64,000 nt of DNA from an uncultured cyanobacterium (GCA_963766075.1 CAVYAN010000105.1:1-64000); one strand, 5' to 3'; shown: positions 47,540 through 59,031, counted from the stretch's first letter. Numbers and translations are program-made. Notes: generated from the letters alone by a model not told the origin.

Positions 47540-50110
47540 CTAGCTCCGCAGTTCTACACGGAATTTTTCGACGAGCGCTTCCCGAACCTTTTGATGCACG
47601 GGTTCAATATCAGCGTCGGTCAACGTGCGATCGCCCGCCCGATACACCAGCCGAAACGCCAAACTGCGCTGCGCTGCCGTCACATTTTGGCCGCGATACT
47701 CATCAAATAAGCTGACACTATCCAAAAGTTTGCCGCCCATCTTGCGCATAGTCCGCTCCAAGTCGGCCACAGTAACCTGGGTAGATACAAAGAAAGCTAG
47801 ATCGCGATCGGAGGGTGGATAGGTAGAATAGGCTTGGAAAACGGGCACCCGCACCGATTCCCGATCCATAAAGTCAAAGGCCACATCCACCTGGAGCTCA
47901 AAGGCGTAGACTTCATCGGGCAAACCCCGTTCCTGTCGCAGTTGGGGGTGCAATTGGCCAAAGGTACCCAAGCGCGTGCCATTAACCCAAAGGGACGCCG
48001 TCCGCCCCGGATGCAGACGGGCATCCCGGCGATCGGGCTGGAATTCCACCGGCAACCCCAGCCGCTGTAACACACTTTCCAGTAGCCCTTTAGCCGCAAA
48101 CCAGTCCATCGGCTGCGATCGCCCACTCCGCATCCAGCGCCCCTGACTCGGATCGCCCCCCATGATACCCCCTAGGGACTCTGCCTCTAGCAAGCCATCC
48201 TCATCGGTCCAAAAAACCTGACCGATTTCAAAGGCATTCAGGGGGCCATTTCCCTGCTCCAAATTGTATTGAAAGGCATCGATTAAGCCCCCCATCAAGT
48301 CTGTGCGCAGGGCTGAAAATTCCGTAAACAAAGGATTCCTCAGCACAATTTGGCGATCGTCTCCCGGCTTACCCAAGGAATAATGCATCACCTCCGTCAG
48401 CCCGATCGCGCGGAACGCCTCCCGCAATCGCCGCTTCAGCATTTGCTCAATCGACAAATAGCCAAATTCCGCCTGGGCAGGCAACGTTTCCTCAAAATTG
48501 TTGTAGCCGTAAACCCGAGCAATTTCTTCAATCAGGTCAATTTCCCGCTCCAAGTCCCGATATCGGTAGGGGGTCGTCACCGTCCAACCCTCAATTTCGC
48601 CCTCAATTTCGCCCTCAATTTCGCGCTCGGCGGCGTCCTCAACTGGGCTAGCGGCACCTCCCGCAACAACGGCCAGAGGCGACAGCACACAGCCCAAGGC
48701 CGTCAGAATCCGCTCAATTTCAGATGCGGGCAGTGCCCCAGTCTCTGGCGTACCCGCCTCGTCGGCTAACCGCACATCCCCCAGTACTTGATGCACTCGA
48801 TCCAGGCGCAGCTTCACAGAGCGCGTCAGGTTACCACTGCGGGCATCGGCGGTAACTTGGCTGACCACCGTGCCACTGGCCAATTGCTGCAATAACTCCA
48901 GCGCCCGGGCGCAAGCCACTTCGAGTTCCGCTTGGTTCACGCCCCGTTCGTAGCGGGCCGAGGCTTCTGTGCGCATGCCCAGCGATCGCGCCGATCGCCG
49001 CACCACCGCTGGATCAAACAGCGCCGCCTCCAACAACAAATTCTGGGTTTCCGGCTGCACCTCCGTGGCCGCCCCGCCCATCACACCCGCCAAGGCCACA
49101 GGCCGATTCCCTGCCGTAATCAGCAACGTCTGCCCATTCAATGGCCGCTCTTGGCCATCCAGGGTTTTCAAGGTTTCACCCGCCTCAGCAAAACGCACAC
49201 CCACCTGAAGATCGTCGGCACCGTCACGAGCCACCGAACTGCCCGAAGTCGCGGTCCCCACCGCCAAAAGTGCATCCCGATCAAAGGCGTGGAGTGGTTG
49301 ACCCCACTCCAATAAAATGTAGTTGGTCACATCCACCACATTATTGATGGGACGGGTTCCTGCCGCCTGCAACCGCTGCTGCAACCAGCGGGGCGAAGGG
49401 CCAATCTGTAGACCTTCTACAACAGTGCCAATGTAGGCCGGACAGGCTTGCGCCTCAGCAATAGTCAGAGCCAAACGCTTGCTCCCAGCACCGTCAGCAG
49501 TGGGCACAGCGATCGCTCCAGGCTGGGGCAACTTCAGAGGCAAACCCGTCAATGCCGCTACCTCCCGCGCAATCCCCACCATACTCAAAGCATCCGCCCG
49601 ATTCGCCGTCGAGGTCAAGTCCAAAATCACATCATCCAGCCCCAGCAGCGGCCTGACGTCCATCCCCGGCTGCAATCCCTCTGACACAAAGCTGTGAATC
49701 CCCTCCGATTCCTTGATCAACCCCAATTCCGCCAGAGAGCAAATCATGCCCTTAGACTCAACTCCCCGCAGTTTGGCTGGTTTAATCTTCAACCCCGCCT
49801 CCCCAACCTGAGGCAAAAATGTCCCCAACGTCGCCACAGGCACCCACAGCCCCGCCGCCACATTGGCCGCACCACAGACAATCGTCGAAGGGTCTGCCGC
49901 ACCAATATCTACAGTACAGACACTCAGCTTATCTGCATTGGGATGGGGTTGCCGCTCCAGCACCTTGCCCACTACCACACCCGCTGCCCAGGTCCGACGG
50001 TCTTCAATATCCTCCACCTCGAATCCTGCCATGGTCAGCAAATCGGCCATGGCCTCTGGCGACAGGGTGAAATTGACCAGCTCTCGCAACCAGTTCAGGG
50101 AAATACGCAT
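47540..50110 (-). CDS. pheT: Phenylalanine-tRNA ligase beta subunit
   Basis: [43 protein letters not shown]-terminus. Confidence 0.97.
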   Translation of the reverse strand: MRISLNWLRELVNFTLSPEAMADLLTMAGFEVEDIEDRRTWAAGVVVGKVLERQPHPNADKLSVCTVDIGAADPSTIVCGAANVAAGLWVPVATLGTFLPQVGEAGLKIKPAKLRGVESKGMICSLAELGLIKESEGIHSFVSEGLQPGMDVRPLLGLDDVILDLTSTANRADALSMVGIAREVAALTGLPLKLPQPGAIAVPTADGAGSKRLALTIAEAQACPAYIGTVVEGLQIGPSPRWLQQRLQAAGTRPINNVVDVTNYILLEWGQPLHAFDRDALLAVGTATSGSSVARDGADDLQVGVRFAEAGETLKTLDGQERPLNGQTLLITAGNRPVALAGVMGGAATEVQPETQNLLLEAALFDPAVVRRSARSLGMRTEASARYERGVNQAELEVACARALELLQQLASGTVVSQVTADARSGNLTRSVKLRLDRVHQVLGDVRLADEAGTPETGALPASEIERILTALGCVLSPLAVVAGGAASPVEDAAEREIEGEIEGEIEGWTVTTPYRYRDLEREIDLIEEIARVYGYNNFEETLPAQAEFGYLSIEQMLKRRLREAFRAIGLTEVMHYSLGKPGDDRQIVLRNPLFTEFSALRTDLMGGLIDAFQYNLEQGNGPLNAFEIGQVFWTDEDGLLEAESLGGIMGGDPSQGRWMRSGRSQPMDWFAAKGLLESVLQRLGLPVEFQPDRRDARLHPGRTASLWVNGTRLGTFGQLHPQLRQERGLPDEVYAFELQVDVAFDFMDRESVRVPVFQAYSTYPPSDRDLAFFVSTQVTVADLERTMRKMGGKLLDSVSLFDEYRGQNVTAAQRSLAFRLVYRAGDRTLTDADIEPVHQKVREALVEKFRVELRS

Positions 50111-50976
50111 ACACTTAACGACTCTGTAATGACAGCCTGACGAGACGCCCGACTATAAATTTATCCCTATGATTCTATCCTTCCGTGGGTTCTCTCTTGA
50201 TTGGCTTTCGCTGAAAAAGCAACGCCCTGATCCTGATCCTGCCCCCAATTGTCTAGCCCTTCCCACTAATCCATCCTGATAAACGCCCTGTCAAGGGCAA
50301 TGCCCCGGTTGACACCCCATGAACTTCCCTCTACCATTTACGGCTTATTCTACTTTTTCAGCACTCTTGCACGGTTAAGTAGATTAGTGCAATTAAATGT
50401 GAAATCAACTCGGCAGACTGACCGCCATGCCTGTGCAAGGCAGGAGTGAGACTGACAGTGCGTCTACTCTTCGAGGGAAGAGTGAGAGAGGTGAATTGCC
50501 CATTTAATGACACTTTAATGACACTGGTCTACTGAAACGTTTAGGGCTTTTCTCAAAGTCGGTAGGGATCCCAAAGCCAATCTCTAACAATTTGGAAGAG
50601 GGAAATGTGCCTAGTATTTAGAGAAGCTGTCCTGAAAATGGCGTTGTATCTAAAATTTGGAAAAGGGAAGTGTACTGGATGGCTGGACAACTTGTTCTGG
50701 AAATTTCGTTTATGGGCAAGTTAAATGAGGGTGGATCTTGAAGAGTTTGTAGAGCCCGTAAAGTTTGGCGATTTAGGGATCCTGAACTTCTGGGGATGCG
50801 TGCATATTAATAGATACATGATCATTGATGCACAGCAGCCTCAGCAGCTCTATCATGGGGGTTTCCCACATTCGGGTTTTCCAGTGAAATTTTCCCTTTT
50901 TTGCGGCTCCTGCTCCGATAATGGTAGGGACGGGTGACGATTATTGATCGATACAAGTCATAGCGAGTGCTGCTAG

Positions 50977-52632
50977 ATGAGCTACTGTCTCAATCCAGAC
51001 TGCCCCAATCCGAATAACACGACCCAAAGCCAGGTGTGTCAGGCTTGTGGTACTGGTCTGATGCTGCGCGATCGCTATCGCATCATGCAGCCCCTAGGGC
51101 AGGGTGGATTTGGCGCGACCTACCTTGCCATTGACGAATCCCTACCGGGACACCCCAATTGCGTGATCAAGCAATTGCGCCCGACGGTGAGCGCCCCCCA
51201 CATTTTGCAAATGGCGCGGGAGCTGTTTGATCGCGAAGCCCAAACCCTGGGGCGCATTGGTAATCATCCTCAGGTGCCTCGCTTGCTGGATTTCTTTGAA
51301 GCAAATCAGGAATTCTATCTTGTCCAAGAATATGTAAGCGGTTACACCCTCCAGCAGGAAGTGAAGCGCGACGGCAAGATTAGTGAGCATGGCGTTAAGC
51401 AAATCCTGAGTGAAATCCTACCCGTGCTGGAATATATCCACAGTAATCGGGTGATTCATCGGGATATTAAGCCGGCCAACATTATTCGTCGCACCCAAGA
51501 TAATCGACTGGTACTCATTGATTTTGGTGCCGTGAAGTATCAGGCGCAACCCCAAGCCGATGCCTCGGAACATACGGCCTTTACGTCCTACGCGATCGGG
51601 ACGCCCGGTTTTGCCCCGCCTGAGCAGATGGCCATGCGTCCGGTGCCCGCCAGCGATATTTATGCCCTCGGGGTAACCTGCATCTATTTGCTGACAGGCA
51701 AATCCCCGAAGGACTTGGACTATGACCCCACCACGGGAGAACTGCTGTGGCAGCGCCATGTCAATATCAGTGAGCACTTTATCAACGTTTTGAAGAAAAT
51801 GCTGGAGGTATCAGTCCGGCATCGCTACCAAACCGCAAACGAAATTTTTCGGGCCTTAGATTTGGAGCCCTATCTCGATAGTTTGGCGAATGGGATGCTG
51901 TCGGCAAAGCCGGGATCCAAGGGCGATCGCCGGAATCCAGACTATCGCCCTGACTCCACAGGCAATGATCTGCCTGCCTCTTCGCCCTCCTCCCCGGCGG
52001 CGCGGGCCGCGATGGCGATTCGGGCACGGCAGTATCGCGCGGATGCCACAAATGTGCAGCCCGGTCCTGCCCGCAACCGGGTCTTGGCCCCACGGACGTC
52101 CAATGTCGCTATGCGCAGCAAAGATTCGACGGGGCAAGGACAAGATTCAGGCAGCAAAGGCCGGGATACGACCGGAGGGGATCGGGCGCGGCCAGTACCC
52201 GCACGATTGGATGCAAACGGGCTGCAAGGGTACTACAGCCGAGGCAAACGCGATTTTTCTGCCCATGATCTCAGCAACCTGAGTTTGCCTCGGGCTAATT
52301 TATCTGGTGCGATGTTTAATCAGGCCAATCTGAGTGGGGTCAATTTGCAGGGGGCCACTCTGCTAGGGACGGATTTTGGTCGGGCCAATCTTACCCGTGC
52401 CAATTTGCGGGATGCGAAGCTGGCCAAAGCCTATCTCAGCAATGCAGATTTGGAGGGAGCCGACCTGCGCGGTGCGGACCTGAGTGCTGCCTACCTGCTG
52501 AATGCCAACCTGCGGGGAGCAAACCTGTGTGGGGCCAATTTATCGGGGGCAAAACTTACGGAAGAACAGTTGGCCTCTGCCCGCACCAATTGGTTCACGG
52601 TGCGGCCCAATGGTAGACGGGGAACAGGGTAA
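50977..52632 (+). CDS. spkB: Ser/Thr protein kinase with C-terminal pentapeptide repeats (SpkB-like)
   Basis: MSYCLNP.C Zn ribbon, GQGGFG, CVIK, HRDIKPAN, DFG, pentapeptide tail. Confidence 0.85.
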   Translation: MSYCLNPDCPNPNNTTQSQVCQACGTGLMLRDRYRIMQPLGQGGFGATYLAIDESLPGHPNCVIKQLRPTVSAPHILQMARELFDREAQTLGRIGNHPQVPRLLDFFEANQEFYLVQEYVSGYTLQQEVKRDGKISEHGVKQILSEILPVLEYIHSNRVIHRDIKPANIIRRTQDNRLVLIDFGAVKYQAQPQADASEHTAFTSYAIGTPGFAPPEQMAMRPVPASDIYALGVTCIYLLTGKSPKDLDYDPTTGELLWQRHVNISEHFINVLKKMLEVSVRHRYQTANEIFRALDLEPYLDSLANGMLSAKPGSKGDRRNPDYRPDSTGNDLPASSPSSPAARAAMAIRARQYRADATNVQPGPARNRVLAPRTSNVAMRSKDSTGQGQDSGSKGRDTTGGDRARPVPARLDANGLQGYYSRGKRDFSAHDLSNLSLPRANLSGAMFNQANLSGVNLQGATLLGTDFGRANLTRANLRDAKLAKAYLSNADLEGADLRGADLSAAYLLNANLRGANLCGANLSGAKLTEEQLASARTNWFTVRPNGRRGTG

Positions 52633-52737
52633 GGGGAGTCGGATCGCTGATAATAGGGGCATCGGGGAGCGGGGCATCGGGGAGCGGGGCATCGGAGAAC
52701 ATCGGATAGTTGCAGATGGATAGTCGGGCGCGGTGAT

Positions 52738-53580
52738 TTGATGGAACTCAGGAAGGATGAAGTCAGGCTGCCAGAGGCTTTGGGTGGGAATGTTCTGCAA
52801 AAGGAACAGGTTTTTCATGATCGATGGGCTGCGGCCATCGATATTGATGGCATCCAGGTGGCGGATTATTTTGAGGTCTGTACCGCCCCTGAAAACCGCT
52901 TTATCGTGCAGAATTTGGGCGAGGTGCGGGGCAAGTATCTCTTAGATTTGGGCTGCGGGGCCGGGGAAAATAGCGTCTATTTTGCACGGCGGGGAGCCCG
53001 GTGCGTGGCGGCGGACTGCTCACCGGGCATGGTGGATGTAGCGCTAAAACTCGCTGCGGCCTACGGGGTCGAGATTGAAGGCTGTACGGTGGATGCCTTA
53101 GCCATTGCCTTTCCCGATGACACATTTGATATTGTCTACGCCTCGAATTTACTGCACCATATTCCGGATCCCCTGCTGGCCCTGCGGGAAATCCATCGCG
53201 TCTTGAAACCGGGAGGCAAGGTGTGTTTTTGGGATCCGCTCCGGCATAACCCAGTGATTAATGTGTACCGGCGAATGGCAACGGCGGTACGGACGGAGGA
53301 TGAAATGCCGCTGGATATTGGCATTCTGGAGGCGGTGCGATCGCTCTTCTCCCACACAGAAAGTGATACCTTCTGGATTGCCACGCTGTGGATTTTCCTG
53401 CGCTTCTATCTGATCGACCGGATTCATCCGAATGAGGATCGCTACTGGAAAAAAATCATTCGGGAGCATGCGCAGTTGGCCCCCCAGTATCACCGCCTGG
53501 AAGCGGTGGATCGCCTGCTGAAGAAGCTGCCGGGAATGCGGCGCATGGCCTGGAATCTGGCGGTGGTCGCAACCAAATAG
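52738..53580 (+). CDS. Class I SAM-dependent methyltransferase
   Basis: LLDLGCGAG, FDIVY..LHH, RVLKPGG. Confidence 0.88.
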   Translation: MMELRKDEVRLPEALGGNVLQKEQVFHDRWAAAIDIDGIQVADYFEVCTAPENRFIVQNLGEVRGKYLLDLGCGAGENSVYFARRGARCVAADCSPGMVDVALKLAAAYGVEIEGCTVDALAIAFPDDTFDIVYASNLLHHIPDPLLALREIHRVLKPGGKVCFWDPLRHNPVINVYRRMATAVRTEDEMPLDIGILEAVRSLFSHTESDTFWIATLWIFLRFYLIDRIHPNEDRYWKKIIREHAQLAPQYHRLEAVDRLLKKLPGMRRMAWNLAVVATK

Positions 53581-53723
53581 GGCAGCCCGGTTCCATTCCT
53601 GAAATCGCCCGATTCTTATTTGTCGGATTTTTGAAAATCTTTTGGGTTTCCAGAAGAAGTCAGCCGATGGGGGAGAATGGGTTGGATAGAACCGACTCAC
53701 CTAGGACGCAAAGGAACACACAG

Positions 53724-54284
53724 ATGATGAAACGATGGGTGAAACGGAGTGTGGTGGGCTGGCTCAGCCTCGGTGGAGTTTTATTTGCGCTGGAGGGGGC
53801 GATTGCCGCCCAGCCCGCCGATGTGCAGCGGTTGATCAATCAACGGGACTGTCCCAACTGTGATTTGTCCGAGGTCAGCTTGTTCAGCTACATCCTGGAG
53901 GGTGCCAATCTAGAGGGCGCAAACCTGCGCGGAGCCACCTTCCAAGGCTGCAATTTGAATGCGGCCAATCTCTCCAACGCCATGCTGGCAGGGGCAAACC
54001 TAGCGTTGGTGCAATTGCAGCGGGCAATTTTACAGGGCGCAAATTTATCCAAAGCCTACCTTTATGCCACCGATCTCGTCCAGGCAGACCTCAGCGGAGC
54101 TGATCTACGCGAAGCCAATCTAGAAGGCGCAGACCTGCGGGGAGCAAATCTGACTGGCGCAAATTTAGAAAAAGCCAACCTATTTCGGGCCAAGCTGCGC
54201 GGGGCAAATTTGACCGGAGCTAAGCTTGATCGGGCGCGGATGCCCGATGGCAGTGTCTATAAAGGCGATGGGCGCAAACAGTAG
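53724..54284 (+). CDS. Exported/lumenal pentapeptide repeat protein
   Basis: Signal peptide, CPNCDL, repeats, C-terminal MPDG. Confidence 0.88.
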   Translation: MMKRWVKRSVVGWLSLGGVLFALEGAIAAQPADVQRLINQRDCPNCDLSEVSLFSYILEGANLEGANLRGATFQGCNLNAANLSNAMLAGANLALVQLQRAILQGANLSKAYLYATDLVQADLSGADLREANLEGADLRGANLTGANLEKANLFRAKLRGANLTGAKLDRARMPDGSVYKGDGRKQ

Positions 54285-54350
54285 GACGCCTACTGCGCGG
54301 GGCAGTCGCTATACAATCGAGTTAACTGCTGGATTTTGGAAATCGCCTTT

Positions 54351-55606
54351 ATGTCTACCCAACCTGAAGTCATTCTCCACAGCGCGTTGCTGCATCAATT
54401 GGTTTTAGACCGGGCCACGATGGAAGAAGTGGGGCGGATTGAGGCCGTGTGGATGTATGTGCCTGCCCATCGGGTGTTAGGCTTTATTTGCAAAGCGGGA
54501 TTTTTGGGTCGGCAGAAGTTTGCCTTTAATCTATCCCAGTTGCACGCGATTGGGGGAACAGTATTCTCGTCACGGGAGACGCCCAAGTCACGGATGGGGA
54601 AAAGGTGCGTCAGTTGGAATCCCTGGTGAATGCGGAGGTCTGGACCGATGCAGGCCGCAAAATTGGCAAAATCACTGACTACCGTTTTGATCGGAACAGT
54701 GGCGAAGTGTCCGACTACTTGCTAACCACGAGTGGACTGAGTGCCGTGACCGATGGGGTGTATCGCTTGCCACCCGGCAAAATTCTCAGTCTGGGACGGC
54801 GCGTGGTCGTGGAAACAGACACTGTGGATCAGCTAGAAATTTATCGGGAAGGAATTAAGCGCAAACTGGGGAAGGTGGGCGAGCTGTTACGGGAAGAGTA
54901 TTCCCAGGTGACGGAGGAGGCTAAGTCCTTGACGCAGCAGGCCAAGTCGGTGACGCAGCGGACCCGCGAGCGGATGCGATTGCTGGCAGAACAGGCAATT
55001 GAAACCTCCCAAACCCTCGCGGAGCAGGCCAAGGAAACCAGCCAACGCCTCGCGGAACAGGTGAAGGAGCAGGCAGAAATCCTAAGGGAAGAGCTGGCCG
55101 AAGATGTAGCAGCCAACCGCGATCGCGAAGCCGTCCATACTCCCCCCCCGGAAACCGATTGGCTGGAGGAGGACTGGGACATTGAAACGCCGCCAACCAC
55201 CCCGCCAACTTACCAGCCGCCCGTAGTAAAATCCGTGCCTCCCGAGGCACCGCGATCGACAGACAGGCATGAGTCGCCCCCCGTATCGCCAGAGGTGATG
55301 ACCGATCGCGCTAGCAACAACGAGGGCGACAGTGACAGTTGGGACGATGGTTGGGACATTGAGACGCCGCCACCTCAACCCTTGCCACCCCGCACGATTG
55401 ATACCGTGGCCACGGTGACCACCGATTTTTCAGTACCTCTGCCGGATTCAATCTTGGAAGATGACTTTTGGGATATTGAAACACCGCCGGAAACCCCGAC
55501 CGTATTAAACTCTGGACCAGTCCCCTCAGAACCTTTGCCCTCAGAGCCAGTCCCCTCAGAGCCATTACCCTCAGAACCCTTACCCTCAGAGCCATTACCT
55601 GATTGA
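54351..55606 (+). CDS. PRC-barrel protein with coiled coil and acidic/Pro tail (frameshift at G5 54552-54556)
   Basis: Two PRC barrels (VLDRATMEEVGR; EVWTDAGRKIGKITDY); one extra G joins the two frames. Confidence 0.8.
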
Positions 55607-55611
55607 GTCAA

Positions 55612-56235
55612 CTACGTACTCAGCCAAGAGATCGCTAACCGAATCCACTCTTCCGCATTGGCCGTCTTGGAGAGGGTACTGCTTTGGCCAACGGCCTGGA
55701 GGGCCTTAGAAATTTCGCTGTTCGTATAGCCCAGCGCCAACAGAGTCATTTCCACATCTTCCTGGATATTCGCCACGGGGCCAGCGGTGGGGATGGTGCT
55801 TAGCCCAGCTTCCTGCCGCCATTCAGCCAGCTTGGTACGCAGTTCTAGCGCGATTCGTTCCGCCGTTTTTGCCCCCACTCCCGGCGTTTTGGCCAGAACA
55901 CGGGTATTGCCCGCGACGATCGCTTGCACCAGATCATGCAGGCCCAGGGTGTCCAGCAAGGCCATGGCTAACTGCGGCCCAATGCCGCTAACGCTGACCA
56001 ATTGCCGAAATAAGTCCCGTTCCGCTGCAGTGCCAAACCCAAACAGGGTGACCTGATCCTCACGCAAATTCAAATGGGTAAACACCTGGACAGCCTCACC
56101 CACCGATGGAAATTCCTGCATCAGGCGCGGTGTAATTTGCACGTCGTACCCAACATGGTTGACATCTAGAGTCAGGATGATGCGGTTATTACTTTTGAGA
56201 TAGCTGGCAATGGAGCCTTTGAGGTAACCGATCAT
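55612..56235 (-). CDS. ruvA: Holliday junction branch migration protein RuvA
   Basis: MIGYLKG, VGYDV, LFGF, VSGIGP, PGVG.KTAERI.LEL. Confidence 0.97.
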   Translation of the reverse strand: MIGYLKGSIASYLKSNNRIILTLDVNHVGYDVQITPRLMQEFPSVGEAVQVFTHLNLREDQVTLFGFGTAAERDLFRQLVSVSGIGPQLAMALLDTLGLHDLVQAIVAGNTRVLAKTPGVGAKTAERIALELRTKLAEWRQEAGLSTIPTAGPVANIQEDVEMTLLALGYTNSEISKALQAVGQSSTLSKTANAEEWIRLAISWLST

Positions 56236-56247
56236 GGGTGCAACCGC

Positions 56248-56994
56248 CTATAAAAAGCCGAAGTATTGTAGCCCTTCAATCATGCCAGCGGCGCAGTGCG
56301 CCGTAGCCAGATAGCGGTTGGATTGGGGATGGGCGTGGTGCCAGCGCAGCAGTTCGGGCAGGGCGTTGCCGACAATGATGCCAAACTCCGGACGATTGGC
56401 GAAGAGGGCGATGTCGTTGCCGGAGTCGCCACAGGCAATGGTGCGATCGCTGGGAATGCCCCAATGGTCCCGCACGTAGGACATAGCCTTGCCCTTGTTG
56501 GCTTGGCTAGGCAGGATATCCAGGTCTTTATTGCCGCTGTAAATGAGTTGAATGTCGAGTCCGCATTCGCGCAGGGCCGATTTCAGTTGGGGCAGGATTT
56601 CTGTGGCCCGGTGAGGCGTAACCGTATAGCTGACTTTGAAAGGGCGCTGTTCCGAGTCAGGCTGGGGAATCAGGGCGGGGAAGTGGGAGGCAGTAGCAAC
56701 CACCAGCTCTCGGTCCCATTGGTGATGCAGTGAATTTGACCAAGCCGGGTCAGGCTCGAGGGTTTGGGCGTGGTAGATTTCGGTGCCCACCGCCGTAATG
56801 AGGATATCGGGTTCAATCAGTTCTTTTTCTGTGGTGAGCTGTTGGTAGCTGGTGCGCGATCGCCCCGTGGTGTAGACAATCCGCGTGCCGTATTCCCAGC
56901 GGTGCCATTCCAGGTGGGCGTTCAGGTCTGCCATTGCTGCATCATCACCCACCAGGGTGTGGTCTAAGTCGGTGACGAGGAGAAAGGCTTTCAC
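56248..56994 (-). CDS. spp: Sucrose-phosphate phosphatase (HAD family)
   Basis: TDLDHTL, TGRS, EQRPFKVSY, CGDSGND; adjacent to ruvA. Confidence 0.88.
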   Translation of the reverse strand: MKAFLLVTDLDHTLVGDDAAMADLNAHLEWHRWEYGTRIVYTTGRSRTSYQQLTTEKELIEPDILITAVGTEIYHAQTLEPDPAWSNSLHHQWDRELVVATASHFPALIPQPDSEQRPFKVSYTVTPHRATEILPQLKSALRECGLDIQLIYSGNKDLDILPSQANKGKAMSYVRDHWGIPSDRTIACGDSGNDIALFANRPEFGIIVGNALPELLRWHHAHPQSNRYLATAHCAAGMIEGLQYFGFL

Positions 56995-57146
56995 AAAGAG
57001 GGTACAGTAAACAGTCCAAAGTGTTTAATACCCTAGCAAAGGTCGTTAACAGAGCAGTGGAAGAGGATGTTTAGATTTTGGATTTTGGCGTCAGGTCTCT
57101 CGACGAATCACCCTAAACTGAAACAGTTCTTTCGTGTAGGCACTGC

Positions 57147-58517
57147 ATGATACCGGGGCTTCGGAAGAGGGTAGCGTGGTTTCCGCAACTGGACTATCAA
57201 GTCTGGATTTTGTCTCTGGGGCGATTGTTATCCCAAATGGGGTCGGGGTTTACGCTGTTTTATGCCCCGATTTTCTTTGTGAATCAGGTGGGACTGTCGG
57301 CAACTCAGGTGGGATTGGGATTGGGCAGTGCGTCAATTTCAGGCGTGGTCGGTCGGTTTTTGGGTGGATCATGGAGCGATTCGCCTCAGTGGGGCCGCAA
57401 ACGGGTCATTCTGCTAGCGGCGGTGGTGTCGGCGATCGCCTCCTTTGTCTTGGCTTTGGCCACAGACTATCCCACGTTTGTGCTGGGAAATTTGCTGATG
57501 GGGCTGGGCATCGGACTCTATTGGCCGCCGATGGAAGCGCTGGTGGCGGATCTGACCCCGCCGGAGCAGCGGACAGAAGCCTATGCGATTTCGCGATTGT
57601 GCGACAGTTTGGGACTGGGCGTGGGCGTGGTGCTGGGTGGCATGCTGATTCGGCTGAGCGGGGCCTATCGGGCCTTGTTTACGATTGATGGAATTTCATT
57701 TTTGGTTTTGTTTGCCGTGGTGTATTGGGCGATCGCGAATACTCGGCCACCGGACAGTCAGCATGGGACCGTTAGCGGTTGGCTTTTGGCCTTGGGCGAT
57801 CGCCGATTGCTGATGTTTGCGATCGCCAACATTTTGTTCACCCTTTACCTCGTGCAGGTCAGCAGTACGATCCCGCTCTACTTCACCAATTTTTTGCCGG
57901 TGGCCGATGGCATAACAGCAGCGGGAGCCGCGCCCTCTGAGGTCATTGCGACAGGGGGCATGACAGCCAGAACCACAGGCGCGGCAGTCACAGGCACAGG
58001 TGTGATGGCCGCAGCCAGCCATGGATTTTCGCCAATGATATTAAGCGCGCTGTTTACCTGGCATTTAGCCGCTTCTGTCATCCTCCAAGTGCCCGCTGCC
58101 CGCATCCTCCGCCGATATGATCACACCGTTGGGCTAATCCTATCGGCAGGCTTTTGGGCACTGGGGTTTGGCGCGGTGTGGCTAACGGGCGTCGCGAGCG
58201 GGGGACAGTTAGTCTGGGCTGTCGCGGCGATGCTCATTTTGGCCCTGGGCACGGTGACCTATATGCCAACGGCCTCGGCCATTGTGATTGACTTGGCCCC
58301 GGAATCGCTGCGCGGGGTGTATTTGGCGGTTAATTCCCAATGCTGGGCGATCGGCTATTTGATTGGTCCACCCTTGGGAGGATGGGCGCTAGATCACTCT
58401 AAATCCACTGCGGATGGGTTTTGGTTAGGATTGGCAGCCAGCGTGGTCGGGGCGATCGGTGTTTTGCTAAGATTGCGCCGGATGATGGCCCATCCTGTGA
58501 TTTCTAGGCATCCGTGA
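57147..58517 (+). CDS. MFS transporter
   Basis: About 12 TM helices; motif A G.WSDSPQWGRKRV. Confidence 0.9.
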   Translation: MIPGLRKRVAWFPQLDYQVWILSLGRLLSQMGSGFTLFYAPIFFVNQVGLSATQVGLGLGSASISGVVGRFLGGSWSDSPQWGRKRVILLAAVVSAIASFVLALATDYPTFVLGNLLMGLGIGLYWPPMEALVADLTPPEQRTEAYAISRLCDSLGLGVGVVLGGMLIRLSGAYRALFTIDGISFLVLFAVVYWAIANTRPPDSQHGTVSGWLLALGDRRLLMFAIANILFTLYLVQVSSTIPLYFTNFLPVADGITAAGAAPSEVIATGGMTARTTGAAVTGTGVMAAASHGFSPMILSALFTWHLAASVILQVPAARILRRYDHTVGLILSAGFWALGFGAVWLTGVASGGQLVWAVAAMLILALGTVTYMPTASAIVIDLAPESLRGVYLAVNSQCWAIGYLIGPPLGGWALDHSKSTADGFWLGLAASVVGAIGVLLRLRRMMAHPVISRHP

Positions 58518-58582
58518 TTTCTAGGTATCCGCAATTTCCAAGCATCCGCAATTTCCAAGCATCCATGATTTCCAGGCATCCG
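58491..58582. repeat. 17-bp tandem repeat, about 5 copies
   Basis: CATCCGYRATTTCYARG units; the MFS stop lies in copy 2. Confidence 0.9.
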
Positions 58583-58591
58583 TCAGCCCGA

Positions 58592-58607
58592 GTTCGGTTC
58601 TACCCAC
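58592..58607 (+). promoter_or_regulatory. K-box-like motif upstream of the DUF760 gene
   Basis: GTTCGGTTCTACCCAC, 23 nt upstream of -10-like CACAAT (58631-58636). Confidence 0.5.
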
Positions 58608-58692
58608 TCGCCGGTTTCGTTTTCCTAAGACACAATAGGAGCAACAAAGACCATTGCGATGCGCCATTTAGAGGCAGTAGAGGTTCCAAAAC

Positions 58693-59019
58693 GTGAACAA
58701 CTCCAATCGAGTTCCGGAATACCTGGACGGGACAGCGGAAGCGGGCAATCAATTAATGAACTATGTTCAGTCCCTCAGTCCAGATACCATTGCCCAATTG
58801 TCCCGTCCGGCATCCAAAGAGGCGTTTCAAGTCATGGAGCGCAATATTGTCGGATTATTAGGCGGACTACCCAGCGAAGAGTTCGATGTCACCATTACCA
58901 CCAATCGAGAAAATTTGGGGCGACTGTTAGCATCGGCCATGATGAGTGGCTATTTTCTGCGGAATGCGGAGCAGCGCATGGCGCTGGAGCATGCTGTACT
59001 GGGTGAACCGTCTCTCTAA
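58693..59019 (+). CDS. DUF760 family protein
   Basis: N.L..YVQ, LLGGLP.E.F, RENLGRLLASAMMSGYFLR.AEQR; GAGG SD. Confidence 0.9.
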   Translation: MNNSNRVPEYLDGTAEAGNQLMNYVQSLSPDTIAQLSRPASKEAFQVMERNIVGLLGGLPSEEFDVTITTNRENLGRLLASAMMSGYFLRNAEQRMALEHAVLGEPSL

Positions 59020-59031
59020 CCCTCATTCACC

